From NCBI RefSeq assembly GCF_036321535.1, contig NC_087437.1, forward strand, positions 100,070,001 through 100,134,000: 64,000 nt of DNA, read 5' to 3'. The stretch is from Camelus dromedarius (taxonomy: Eukaryota). Every line of letters begins with the position of its first letter. The first letter of the stretch is position 1. Made by a program: the position numbers and the translations under genes. Shown here one piece after another: positions 52,075-64,000 of the stretch. The notes under the pieces were generated by a model that searched no databases, was not told the origin of the DNA, and saw nothing but the letters and a program-made list of their open reading frames with translations.

Positions 52075-52604
52075 TTTCAACAAAAATAATCAATAAACAA
52101 TCAATAATAAGAATAGAAAAGAGTTTGATTTGAGCCAAACTGAGGACTAGCCCAGAAGCTAACTTCCCAGATTACTCTGAGGCACTGCTCCGGAGAAGCA
52201 TGGCTTCCAGTACAGTTTTATATCTTGTCAGAACAAAGAACCTTAGACGATTCAGAGATACATTCCTCCAAGATTAAAAAAAAAAAAAAAAAAAAAAAAA
52301 AACACACAGATCAGCACATACACAGCAAGTCGACATGGTCTTGGCACCTGGGAACGGAGTCCTATCATCAAAGGAATACTAACATTAGTGTCCCAGGAAG
52401 ACAGGCATTTCATCTTTATTTTTAACATGGACATTCTTTACTTCTGGTCAATATGCCCTTTTCTTTAATAATTAAAGCAGATGTACAATGTATGTCTGAT
52501 AGGCCACAAACAGGCTATTTTAGTTAGCATAAAAATTCAAGTTAACTTATGTTTAAGCCAAAATGACTTCCCTATATCTTAACATGTGAAAATTTCCTTT
52601 ATCA
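52075..52604 (-). mobile_element. ERV1-type solo LTR (MER41-related) with 4-bp TSD
   Basis: TAAC at 52071-52074 and 52605-52608; minus strand starts TGATAAAGG; L1 sequence is colinear across it. Confidence 0.75.
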
Positions 52605-52760
52605 TAACCATAAGTCTGTTTTCTATGTGTGAGTCTATTTTTGTTTTGTATATATCACTTGTATTACTTTTAAGTTCCACATATGAGTGATATCATATAT
52701 TTACTAAGTATAATATTCTCTAGGTCCATCCATGTTGCTGCAAATGGCAGAATTTCATTT

Positions 52761-52764
<4 letters not shown>

Positions 52765-52810
<46 letters not shown>
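52765..52810. repeat. (AC)23 microsatellite
   Basis: Seen directly. Confidence 0.95.
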
Positions 52811-52812
<2 letters not shown>

Positions 52813-53659
52813 CCACATCTTCCTAAGTCAATCGTCTGTTGATGGGCACTTGGATTGTTTCCATGTCTTGGCTATTTTAAATAATGCTACTATGAATATT
52901 GGGGTACATGTATCTTTTTGAATGAGAGTTTTTGTCTTTTCTGGATATATACCCAGGAGTGGGTTACTGGACCATATGGTAAGTCTATTTTTAGCTTTTT
53001 AAGGAAACATCATACTATTTTTCATAGTGACTGCATTAATTTACATTCCCACCAACAGAGAACACATCACTTTTAGTGTGATAGTATAGCTATATTGGAT
53101 GTTTGTTAAATGTTTGTTGAGGGAAAAAATTTCGGGTATGATTCTGGCAAAGTATACTTCATACATTTAAGACTTCAGAATTCAAGGCTTAAATAATATG
53201 GCTTTCTTTTTGCCCTTAAGTTGGTTTGATTGAATTTTTTATATACGTCAAGTGCTTAAAGTCCCAACGTCTGTCACTAAAAAGAAACACTTTCTGGTGG
53301 AATCCCAGTGTTTTCATGTCAGTTCAACCAAAGAGTTTTTATTTTACATATAGAATATCGTTTTGTTTCTCTAAAGTGCGTCTTTATTACTATAGGGATG
53401 ATTTTTTTTCCCTTACTGGTTATCCGATTGGGAAATACGGGCACTGTCTTTTGGATTGAAGCAGTAGATTAAGCCTAAAGCTAGAATAAAAAAATAAAAC
53501 AGATACAAACAATCTATCTGGAAATAAAACAGAGAAGAGAATAAACAAACTATCACATCTCCCTCCTCTTTTTTTGTGAATGATGTAGCTAAGCAGAAAT
53601 CAAGACAGAACAAGCAAAGTGATTTAATGAATCAAAGTAATTCTCTTGTTTTGGTTTAG

Positions 53660-53704
53660 AATCATAGTGTGTTAAATCCAACAAATCATAGTGTGTTAAA
53701 TCCA
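53660..53704. repeat. Perfect 21-bp direct repeat, period 24
   Basis: aatcatagtgtgttaaatcca at 53660-53680 and 53684-53704. Confidence 0.95.
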
Positions 53705-54158
53705 TTCATTTTCAATACAGCTGTAAACTCGCAGTGTATGCAAGATTAATTGTGTACAGTATGGGATTCAGAAATAAAGGCCCCAACCTCTAGTAAGTTC
53801 AGCTTGGCTAAGGCCACACTAGATTTTAACTGTTAAAAAAACTCACAAAACTCCATCCAGCTTTATATGTGATACACAAATTTTCCACAGCTCGAAATTT
53901 GTCTTGCAAAATTCTTGCAACTTGAAACTACAGATGAATGATTAGCATGATCAGTGTGTAAGATATTCCCATTGTTTTAATGTTGTGGAGTTAAGTTTAG
54001 GGCTAAGTCAGAATGAGTCTGAATCTGGCTTCAGAGCTGGGGAGTAAGATAAGGCCCCAGAGAAGCGAGTTCACTGTAGCCGGGCCAGAGCTGCTGGACG
54101 ACCAGCTAACAGTAAAGGAGGGATTCAGAGGCCTACCAGGGTACTGAAGGCATGAGAG

Positions 54159-54480
54159 TGTCACACTCCTTGTCCCTTTCGTACCCTACTAATGTATCCA
54201 TTCACATGTATGGGACCCAGAAGTAGGGAGTTCAGTCCACAGAGACAGATATTGACAACGGCTGGAAGTAGAGGAGCCGAGGTCATTGCCAGATACCGTT
54301 CCATGTTAAGCAGGATCAGCCAGCATCCTATAAGGAGAGGTGGGAAGGACTGGCCTGGAGCAGAGAACCCAAAGATCCAAACAAGTTCCCAGCCAGTAGA
54401 TCCAACAGCAATTTAGGTAGGACCCTCAGTATAGAGGAGGCCAGGGAAATTACTGAATTGTCTCTTAACGGTATGTTTAT
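54159..54480. mobile_element. Possible ancient Gypsy-type LTR (LTR81/MamGyp-like)
   Basis: Starts tgtcac; gggacccag...agtccacagagacagatattgacaacggctg resembles a recalled consensus. Confidence 0.3.
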
Positions 54481-54526
54481 ACTGGAGATTCTTTATAAAG
54501 GCCAAGGCTCACTGACGTCAAAAGAG

Positions 54527-54922
54527 TCTGGCAGATGAGGGTGTGTGCTGCCCGGATCTGACTCTCAGCACTTATTCATCTGCTGGCTCCTGGGAGCATT
54601 GATCGCTGAGGGCTTGCAGTGAGCCCCTCCCCAAGACTTGCCCTCGGCCAAAGGAAACCACTTCCCACGGCGTCCATCAATGCCCCCCACCTCAGGGGCA
54701 GATTGCAACCAATGAATGGGACCCAGTCCCTCTGACTTAATTAGCAAGCCTCTGAAGCATCACAAATCCAGGTCTCCCCGCAGGAGAGCTGAGAGCCCTC
54801 TGCAACTGTGCCCCAGTTCAACTTCTCCTTCTCCTAATCCTGCTTGCTTCCCACCTCTGCGGTATCCTTAAAAGCACTCCTGTCAGCTCTCAGGTCACCC
54901 TGGGAGGAGGTCTACTGCAGCG
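54527..54922 (+). mobile_element. LTR16C-like ERVL solo LTR
   Basis: ttgccctcggccaaagg...gcaaccaatga...ttcaacttctccttctcctaatcctgctt. Confidence 0.75.
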
Positions 54923-56324
54923 TATTTATGCATTTTTCCCTCCCTTCCTTGCTTCCCTCCTACCTCCCTTTCTTCCTTCTAATTAGACAAGTCCACAAAG
55001 ATTTGGAGCAGCTGCAGTTTGCTATATAGGAAAATACCAGTAGTAGCCTTGTCTTCCTTCCTTCCTTACAGTGTTGACTTTAGTTACTGGTAGTTGCATT
55101 CTACAGAAAAAAGAATATAAACTCTACTTAGTTTTGATCATTCAAAAATATTTTTAAAAACCTATAATTGATATGGTTCTATGGCAGCTAGACTCAGAGT
55201 TTTAGCTTAAAAAGTTTCTGTTAGCTCAATAGTGTCAGCCTAATTTCCAGGGAAAATCTAATTTTCTATTAGAACGTAACTTCTCCATTTTATTTTGAGA
55301 TAAACTGAAGCCTCTTAAGAATTCCAAATTCACAAACTTCCTAAAGTGCATTTTAAAAACTAAAAGTGGGATTATTTCCACAAATCAACTATTATTTATA
55401 AACAGTGTATATTTATAGAAGAGATGGATGGATGGATGATAGGTATATTCATGAGGGACAAAATGGTTGATTAAGATGATAAAAGCAACTAAGCAAATTC
55501 AGGCTCTCAGATGAAAAGCAAATTCTTTATAAAAATATGACAGAGACATTTGTGGTCTAAAAAAACACATGCTAATAGCACAAAGGAAGTTTTATAAATG
55601 AATCAACCACAGTTAAAATTATTCTGACACCTCTGACCACAACTCTTGTTATTGTAAAAAAAAATGTAATTGAACACAACTTTGAACTAGAAATTCTGTA
55701 GCTCATCATTCATCATCCAAAATAAATTAGTTAATGGCTGTTTATATGGGGATATGACAGAAGAAAGAAATCTATTATCACTGCAGTTATAACTCATGTT
55801 TATTAAAAAGAGCATCCGTACAGAACAAAGTGTAGGGTTGAGCAATTGTCTCATAGACTATAACAATGAAGGCAAAGTACTATTTTTTCAGATTTCCCAT
55901 AAATGTCATGCCGTTAACTAAATGCAGTTTTACCTAAATTATCTCAATAATCAATTTTCAATGATTAATGTTGATTCAACACAGTGCCAAAATAACAATT
56001 TAGCCCAATTACTAGTTAAAAAAAAACTGTCAACTAGGTGTTTTTGGAGATATGATCAATCATTTTCACTGATTTTGCTAACATTTCTGACCCTTTTTGA
56101 TCAGCTCAAGTATTTTTTGTCAGTGGTTACCAATAGTTGACCTAACGACATAGTGAAAGTATTACTTTGCTATGAAGCTAGTCAGCAAAATATGTAACAA
56201 ATTACAGAGAGAAATAAAAGTCTGTGTGTAGGAATGCATCTTGCATATACCAAAATAGTGCACGTATTTGTCTTTTTAAAACTTTTTTTATTAGAGAGAA
56301 ATTTTAATGTGGTTTATAGCACAC

Positions 56325-56592
56325 AATTGAAGTTAAGAGGCATGGGTTCTATTTTTAAGCACAACAGAGTAATGAGAGAGTTAGACACGTGTTAAATCCC
56401 TGCTGGGTAACTTATTTGCTATATGTTATTAAACAAGCTGTTACACTGTTGGAAATCTATTATCTCCTCTGTACAACAAAAAAAAATTAACATCCACCTT
56501 GAAGAGTTGTGAAAATTTGGGAGAATGTATGGGAAAGGACTAGGACACTACCAGGCGCATAGAATACACACTCTGTGTTGACTTCCTTCCCT
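56325..56592 (+). mobile_element. MIRb SINE
   Basis: gagttagacacgtgttaaatccc...ctcctctgtac...agagttgtgaaaatt. Confidence 0.65.
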
Positions 56593-57090
56593 CCCCAGCC
56601 CCAGTCCAGTCACAAGTGCACCATGAGGTTTTAAGTAGGTCCCTCTTTAGGTCTCAGTTTTACTGTCTGTAAAAATACAAAACTGAACTAGTGTTGCAAT
56701 TCACAACTCCAACGTCATGACACACTTGCATCATGAACAGCTGGGTAACATGTCACAAGTAGTTCAACCTATCAATAGTTAAATCACTGGGATTTACAGA
56801 TAATTTTCTTCTAAAAATATACAGCTGTTCCAAGGTTATTATTATAACATCAAAATCAGTCACTGACACTTCCATCTGCTTTTAAGGTAGAATAAATGAA
56901 GTGGAGTTTAAGACGACAAAGATAGAGTTGCTCACAACACACAGGCTACTTTATCGCCTGTAATAGGCTTTATGTACCCTTAATAGTTTAGTGATTATGA
57001 ATTATTATAATTCTCATAAATTATACTTTTCTTAACTGAAATTTTCTTAGTGATTTTATCTACACATATGTTTTTAAAAGGAAAAGATAA

Positions 57091-57278
57091 GGGGGGAGGG
57101 TATAGCTCAAAGTGGAAGAGCACATGCTTAGCGTGCATGAGGTCCTGGGTTCAATCCCCAGCACCTCCTCTAAGAAGTAAATAAATAAATAAATCTAAGT
57201 ATTTCCCACCCCAAAAAATAACAAAACAAAACAAAATAAATAAATAAACCTAATATAAATAAATAAATAAATAAAAAT
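57091..57278 (+). mobile_element. Camelid tRNA-Ala-derived SINE (Vic-1 type)
   Basis: ggggagggtatagctca...atgcttagc...gggttcaatccccagcacctcc, long (AAAT)n tail; TSD aaaaggWaaagataa at 57076-57090 and 57279-57293. Confidence 0.92.
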
Positions 57279-57690
57279 AAAAGGTAAAGATAAAGCTAGT
57301 TGGGGTTTAAAAAACAAAAAGTCTGTAGTTCTATATGCTTTATTTCCCTGCAGAACTCTGGCATTTCACAAATCAGAATGTGCTGATGAGTGTTCTAAAG
57401 TCCAAACATGATCATCCTTGATATTTGTTCCAGTGGAGAAAATGTGGGGAGTCATTGTATTACATCATCTGTGAAAATCTCTTCAGCTGCAAACCTTTGT
57501 GACTGTATACAGTTACAAATGTTTTTGCAAGTAAATACCCTTTGGCAAAAGAAACATTTTGAGAAACTCTTGGGGACACTTTGAAATAATTGTAAAAATT
57601 ACGAAGTAGTATAGCATAATCTATATGTATTACAGGACAGATTAAGCACAATGAGTTTTTTTAATTCAAATACAAACCCATTCTAGAAAA

Positions 57691-57711
57691 GGACATGTCT
57701 GAAACATGTCT
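57691..57711. promoter_or_regulatory. p53-family response element motif (two perfect half-sites, 1-bp spacer)
   Basis: GGACATGTCT-g-AAACATGTCT, both RRRCATGYYY. Confidence 0.35.
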
Positions 57712-57954
57712 GAGGCACAATTAGTGGTTCATAAACAAAGGAAAAGATGACCAAGGCATTTGACTTGGTTTTGCAGTACCTCTCATTAGCTACGCATTCA
57801 TAACTCTTTCATATCTTATATTTCTTCTAATATTGAAAGTATAATACTCCTGGTAAAATAAGGTGATACTTCAATTCCATGCTCAACCCACTTGAAATGT
57901 GAATTCAAAAATATAATAGTATATACCTTGGGAGAAAAGTATGAGTACTTTGTG

Positions 57955-58418
57955 TTTCTGGAATATACCAATAAATATCATAACAAATATCATAAACTTG
58001 CTTAAAACAACAGAAATTTATTCTTTCACATGGAGGCCAGGAGTCACAAATCGAGGTGTCAGCTGGTTGGTTCCTTCTAGGCTCCGAGGGAGAATCTGTT
58101 TCATGCCCCTCTCCTAGCTTCTGGGGGCTGTGAGAGTCCTGACATTCCTCAGGTGTAGATACATTCCTCCTGTCTTTGGCTCTATCTTCATGTGATCTTT
58201 CCCTCAGGGTGTTCACCTTGAGTTTCTGTGTATCTCAAATCTTCCTCCCCTGTCCCTTATAAGGGCACCTGTCATTTAGTTCAGGGCCCACTCTAAGTCC
58301 AGAATAATCTCAACCTAAGGTCCTTAATTTAATTATATCTGCAAAGACCTGATTTCTAAATAAGGTCATACTCAGATATACCAAGGGACGTATCTTTTTG
58401 AAAGACACAATTTCACAG
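57955..58418 (-). mobile_element. MLT1C-type MaLR LTR
   Basis: cttaaaacaacagaaatttattct...gagggagaatctgttt...atctgcaaagacc...aaataaggtca. Confidence 0.85.
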
Positions 58419-59759
58419 ATCAGCAACCACAGATCACATAAGAAGTCTCTAGGGAGTCTTGCTTGCTTTTCTTGACAGAGCTTTCAGAACGTGAGTCAGC
58501 AAGTGTGCTTGTGACTTAGATGTTGCTCTTATTTAAAACAGACTTTATAGGTTAAGTCCCAACCCTAATCATCTACACAATGTTGTAACAGATAACATGG
58601 AAAAGAGACTGAAAAGTGCTTACTAAAGTTAAAAGAAAGCAATTACCTCTTATTCTACTTCTTAAAATTCCTTTTAGCTCTGTTTGGAAGCCCCTGCCAC
58701 CCTGAAGACTCATCTGTTATTTTCTTAGTGATTCCTTAACAATTATGCACTTTTTCAGTTGGCAGGCAGAGACCTACCTTCATTTCACTGAATGGATATT
58801 CGACAATACTCAGCAATATCTCTTTTTTTATTTATATTTTTTGGAACACTAATCATCTAACAAGACATCACCTGATCCTCCTTCTAGTAACACTGGGGCA
58901 CAATTAATCATTGTTCTAACACTATTGTGTAATCTTTGCAACTACCTTTCATTTGGCTTTATGTATAACAGATGGGGGACATGTCATTTCAAAATCAACT
59001 AGTCGATTAAATTCCTTCAATAAAAAGTTAATTCAGTGGTAGAATGAACTGGTAAAGTGCTCAATACGTTTTTACTAATAGCAGAACAAGAAGAAAGAAT
59101 TAAAAGTGGACTATCAAACAACAACAAAAAAAATTTTTTAAGTGGACTTTTGTATGGTCCAGGACAGCCCAAATATCCCTGGATGACCGTAACTTTTCAC
59201 TTTTCAATAACTGTTATTTTAGCACAAATCAGCACCTTATCTATCACTGTTCCACAGAACACTGTTCACAGAATGTTAATAATTATAAGAATAAAAACAG
59301 GAAAAGGGGGGCACTTAATGCATAAATGTGCATTAGAAAACAGGATGCATCTCTTCACTTTCTTCCCCTTGGCCCACCAGTTAGCATTTCCTGGTATTGC
59401 AGAAAGACAGTATTTAAACTTACTTATGGTTAGCTCTGGAAAAACAATTCTTTTTTTTAAAAGTTCTTAGCATAACGTAACCTACAATGAACTATCCCCA
59501 GCATTATGAGGAATACTTTTTCTTTTTCATTTTACCAATCTTAATGGATGTAACAAATATTTCTAAATATATAAATCTTTCTTTTAAAAAATCACTCTTT
59601 GTACTGCTGATTGTCAAAATCTGTTTCCTGCCTACTGAACTACTTTCTCCCACATTCCCAAGTCCATAAATTTATTTTTTGAGATTTAAGCAAGAGATTG
59701 GCTCTCCTGTTAAGCACTGAGTCCTCAAGCATCACCACCCCCTCTTCTAAGTTTCCAAG

Positions 59760-59990
59760 CCCTCTGGGAACCCACATCTTCACTGCATCGATCACACAGT
59801 TCTATGATTAGGCATTTATTTTTCTGCTTGTTTTACTAGATCCAAAGAACCTGAGAGTCAGGGACAAATTCTTAGTCTTAGTCTTAGTGTTACTGTTGGT
59901 GGTTTAGCATTGGTATTAGTGGCACAGTGCTCTAAATGGGGATGTGGAATTGTCCAGCGTTCGGTAAATGTCTGTTAAATGAATAAATGA
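59760..59990 (+). mobile_element. L2 3' end
   Basis: actagatccaaagaacctgagagtcagggac...taaatgtctgttaaatgaataaatga. Confidence 0.6.
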
Positions 59991-60046
59991 GCAAAAGTGT
60001 CAATAGAGCCTCCATATTATTAATGGTTTTTGTCAATGATTTAAAA

Positions 60047-60248
60047 CAGGGACTGAATCCGGCCTGTAGACAATTTTTAAATTGACTTTTGTCAGAGAAA
60101 CATTTTTAAGTTAAATTTTAATACCTTTAGGCAAAGCAGGCACTTCCCTTTCCTAAGCGCCAACATCACTCTATTTTCTCACATCCGGCAGCTTCACACA
60201 CGGTTGTTCCCCAAACGGCCCGCAGAGTAACTGCGTTTGCTGCTCCTG
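60047..60248. mobile_element. MER102-like hAT-Charlie MITE
   Basis: gaatccggcctgtagac...cctttaggc...gcttcacac...gtttgctgctcctg. Confidence 0.55.
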
Positions 60249-60931
60249 GACTCCCTATCACGTGAGGGATGATGTTCATTGTGTTTACAGGTGGAAAATA
60301 AGTTGTGCATACAGATCGAAGTAAGATGTATTTTAATAGAAACAAAAGAAGATTTGTACACTTAGGTGAGGAAAGACATGAGAAAAATAGATTAGAAATA
60401 ATACGACAGACTTTTAAAGAAAGTTCTATAATATGATAGCTCCATAGTAGACATTAAAGCGTATAATCCTCCCACATCCTAATATCCATCTGATAGACCA
60501 AAACCAGAGGCTGACATGGAAAATGTGCAGAGGGTGCCCAGGACAACCACCAGGATGATTACAGGTTAGCTGAGAAAGCCTGATGGTGGAGGTTCTCCCT
60601 AAAAAAGAGCAGAGAATCACATCACGGGGCTGTTTCTAAAGACGGAGCAGGACTAGTGGAAGCAGTGTTACTATTCATTTCAGTCAGCTGGCCAGAGATC
60701 TGGAAACAGGAGAGGGGGAAATTTTTTAAAAGAAAAATAAATTTTGTTTAAAAAAAGAAAAAAGAGCTGTAAATAGACAAATTCCAGTAAGGAAAGAAGA
60801 AAAGGGACATTTCAGGCAACATCCTGAGGACACTCCTCTCCTCCAATTAAATAAGCAATCATGTTCTTTGAGCAAGAGTAAGCAGTGCCAATAGTCAATG
60901 GTCCAACTGAGACAACACGTTCAACTCAAGG

Positions 60932-61401
60932 TGTGAGCATTAGGACTCTCCAGAGAAATAGTACCAGTAAGATATACAGAGGAGATTTTTTTATAGGAAT
61001 TGACTGTCGTGATTATGGAAGCCGAGGATCTGCCATCCGCAAGCTAGAGAAGCAAGAATGTCAGTGGTAAGATTCAGTTCGAGGCAAAAGCCTGGGGGTG
61101 AGGAGGAGGGGAGACACGGGTGTCAGTCCCATAATCAGAAGGCCTGAGAACCAGGATGTCCAATGTCAGAGGGCAGAAGAAGGTGGGAGTCCCAGCTCTA
61201 AGAAGATAGAGAAATCGCCCTTCCTCCGCCTTTCTGCCCTCAGCAGGTTGAGCCCTCACATTGGCGACTGCAGACCTGTACTCCGTGCTGATTCAAACGC
61301 TGATCTCCTCCAGAAACACCCTCAGAGACACACCCAGAAATAATATTTACCAGCTATTTGGACATGCCTTAGCCCAGCTGTCACATAAAATTAGCTGTCA
61401 C
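60932..61401 (-). mobile_element. MLT2B-type ERVL solo LTR
   Basis: ctccagagaaa...aaggcctgagaaccagg...ccagaaacaccctcagagacacacccagaaataat...cacataaaattagc. Confidence 0.9.
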
Positions 61402-61974
61402 CCTGTGTAAACACATCCTGACTTCAGGTTTGTTTCCCTAGTACAAAAATAAATCCAAAGAGCATAAATAAATAAATAGTTATTGTATATTTCCTCTGTG
61501 CTTGTTTCCACGATTGGTGCTGAGAAAAAGAATTACAAAGGACAAGTTATAGCCCCTCCACAGTCACATAACCCTGTGTTTCACCTTTCAGCCTTTTCCC
61601 TCTCACAACGTACGATTTACATGTAAAACAACTGTTCCGTCAGCAACATGTCTCTTTACACTCAATGATTTCTGTGACTACTGCCCTACTCTTCAAGGGT
61701 ACATATCAAAATCCTTGAGAAGTCTTAGTATTTTGAGGTATTTTTAAAAGTCTCCACTTTGAGATCTTGGCATGTGCCCACTACCAGCAAAATGTATTCC
61801 TTAGTTGAAGACAGTGGAGCTTGGGAATTGGAAAATAAAGAAAGAAGTAAGACTAATACATCAACTTGTAGACTACATTTATTCATTTTAAAGTCATAGC
61901 CATAGCATACGTCACAGTTGTGTATGATAAAGTCACACGTAAAAATCCCTAAATTTGCTGTAAAATACAGCGTA

Positions 61975-62191
61975 CAGTTGACCCTTGAGTAACACATGGG
62001 TTAGGGGCGCCGACCTTGCACGCAGTTGAAAATCCACGTGTAACTTAGAGTCTGCCCTCCATATCAGCAGTTCCATGTCCACAAATTCAACCAACCATGG
62101 CGCATACAGTACTGCAGTATTTATTACTGAAAAAAATCCACATGTAAGTTGACCTGTGCAGTTAAGATCTGGGTTGCTTAAGAGTCAGCTG
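61975..62191. mobile_element. MER8/Tigger3-family MITE with TA TSD
   Basis: TA-cagttgacccttga...taagagtcagctg-TA terminal inverted repeats. Confidence 0.9.
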
Positions 62192-62739
62192 TATGTGGCT
62201 TTATATATACAACATTATTCTGTAACATGTATATAAATGTGCTATACATTCAATAATGTAAAACATCTATTTCCTTAGCAAGATCATATTCAGAAATTAT
62301 AGCATGTTTTACACCTTGAAAAGCTTTAGCAAATTTACATAAATATCAACTTATTAGCGCTTCCTGTTTCTTATAATCATTTTCATTTTATGGAGGCTAT
62401 TTTTATCTCTTTCTAACACTCTTCTAATCAATGTTTCTGAATTGTTCTCAGTACAATATTTATTCCTATACCACTTTGGGGAAGCCATCCTCAACTGCCT
62501 GCCCAACAACATAAATTATGTTTCTCTTCTTTGCCAAAGATGGAAGAGAGAAAATCCTGAATAGAATTCACAGCTCTCTTTAGTATGTTCAGACCTGTTT
62601 GAGATTTGAATATATCCACAGCCTGAGGTCTACACTTTTGCCCCATTTTTTAAATTTATTCATCTCACAAAGAAAGGAATAGATGCAACTGAATTTGTGT
62701 AAGTTAAACGCCTATCTGATATGACTCTACTGTCATTAC

Positions 62740-63190
62740 AAGATGAATTAGTGGTAACTACAGCAAAGGCATGTAGAATATGCTAAAGATGCACTGAGGA
62801 AAAAGCCACCAACTCTCTCAGAGGAAAAACTGGGAAAAGCATCACCAAGGAGACAGTATTTGGAGTCTCGAAGAATATATGGGAAATTAACAGTGAAAGA
62901 TGGTGGTGGTAGATTGAGCATTCTGGCAAAAATATAAATGAATAAAAGAGACATAAAATAATACAATACATTCAAGAAATTTTGAAAAGTCCAAATCATT
63001 AAAGAAAAGGGTATTAATGTGTATACAGGGAGAGAAATTTTGGCCAAAAGGAAACAGAAACAAAAAAATGTACCAATGGAACCAATAAAGACTGACCCCA
63101 GATTGTAGTAAGTCCTATAAGCCTTGGGAAGGCATATAATCTTCATCCTATTATCAAAAGGTAACTAACAAGAGAATTCTTTTTTATGTT
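62740..63190 (-). mobile_element. L2 fragment
   Basis: gggaaaagcatcaccaaggagacagtatttg...agcattctggca. Confidence 0.45.
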
Positions 63191-63330
63191 TTAGAAGATT
63201 AAATGACACAATCAAAGGAAAGAAAGCTATACGTTGGGGAATACAACTACAGCTTTTTTAAAGTGTCCAAATCTATAAAGTTTCCTAAAAACTCTCAGAA
63301 AATTGTCAAGTTTCAATGTCTCATTTTCTT

Positions 63331-63444
63331 TTTATTTCATTATAGTTATTATTTTTATATTGAATGTAAGTACTGGGGATTGAACCCAGGACCTCATGCA
63401 TGCTAAGCATGTGCTCTACTGCTGAGCTGTACCACTTTCCCCAC
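63331..63444 (-). mobile_element. Camelid tRNA-Ala-derived SINE (Vic-1 type)
   Basis: gtactggggattgaacccaggacctcatgcatgctaagcatgtgctctac; TSD tcaatgtctYattttctt at 63313-63330 and 63445-63462. Confidence 0.9.
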
Positions 63445-64000
63445 TCAATGTCTTATTTTCTTTTTTTTTTTAACACTTTTATTGTGGTATAATTTCTGTG
63501 CAGTAAACTACACATATAATAAGAGAATTTAAGTAAAGAGTAACATAATTAGTTTTTTTTTGCTTGATTGTTTTAGAAATATAACTCAAATAGCAATAAG
63601 GACTATGGATTAGAGACAGAAACGAAAGAATATGTGCATCCATTAGGAGGACTTCATTTAAGCCCAAATAGGAATAAATAAACAGTGACAGAGTCAACAT
63701 ATGGACTTAGCCGATGTGGCCAGCTATGCCCTAAGCCTGGACATGACTGCCAGAGACACGCAGGACAAGAGCAAGCTCTGGTTAAGAGCTTCACGGCCGT
63801 CTGTCCTATCTGCACATTCATGTCCAAAGAGAAAATCCCTGACTCTCATGAACTGAAATTCAGGCTGTAGGTCAATGGTGAACTCAGGCAGGAGGGTGAG
63901 ACATCTTCCATGATTCCTACGTCATCAACTACGTATCTAATAATGACCTTGGAAGAAAGAGGTATCTTAACTAGAATGCCAAAGGGAGTCGGACCTGTTA

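Larger units (their letters stand above)
51826..53057 (-). mobile_element. Cetartiodactyl-type L1 3' fragment, interrupted by an LTR
   Basis: attgaagtatagttgatttacaatgttgtgttagtttctggtg...ttacattcccaccaacag; TSD GAGAACACAYCAYT at 51812-51825 and 53058-53071. Confidence 0.9.

Noticed and set aside
59057..59470. 137-aa plus-strand ORF
   Set aside because: GTG start, AT-rich, no known motif; may overlap a decayed DNA transposon
1..64000. CRISPR array, prokaryotic operon/defence system or intact endogenous viral genes
   Set aside because: No regularly spaced repeats, no long ORFs and no gag/pol/env-like peptides; the sequence is mammalian non-coding DNA

Overview
This is AT-rich, repeat-dense mammalian genomic DNA. 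It is most likely camelid (alpaca/llama/camel): it holds three tRNA-Ala(AGC)-derived short SINEs of the Vic-1 type and cetartiodactyl-type L1 3' ends. I cannot support any intact protein-coding exon, functional RNA gene or CRISPR-like array. The recognisable peptides in the ORF track are broken LINE ORF2 fragments, and the rest look like chance ORFs. Roughly half of the window is transposon debris: L1, L2, L3/CR1, an L4/RTE-X relic, MIR, Vic-1 SINEs, MaLR/ERVL/ERV1 solo LTRs and hAT/Tigger MITEs. Family names are from recalled consensus sequences, not a database search, and most boundaries are approximate unless TSDs are quoted. The most notable items are: a five-deep nested TE stack; an old/young chimeric L1; a perfect estrogen response element inside a RUNX/AP-1 motif cluster; a p53-type response element made by a micro-duplication; and two or three repeat-free blocks that look like conserved enhancers. 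I did not find convincing evidence of a previously undescribed biological system.
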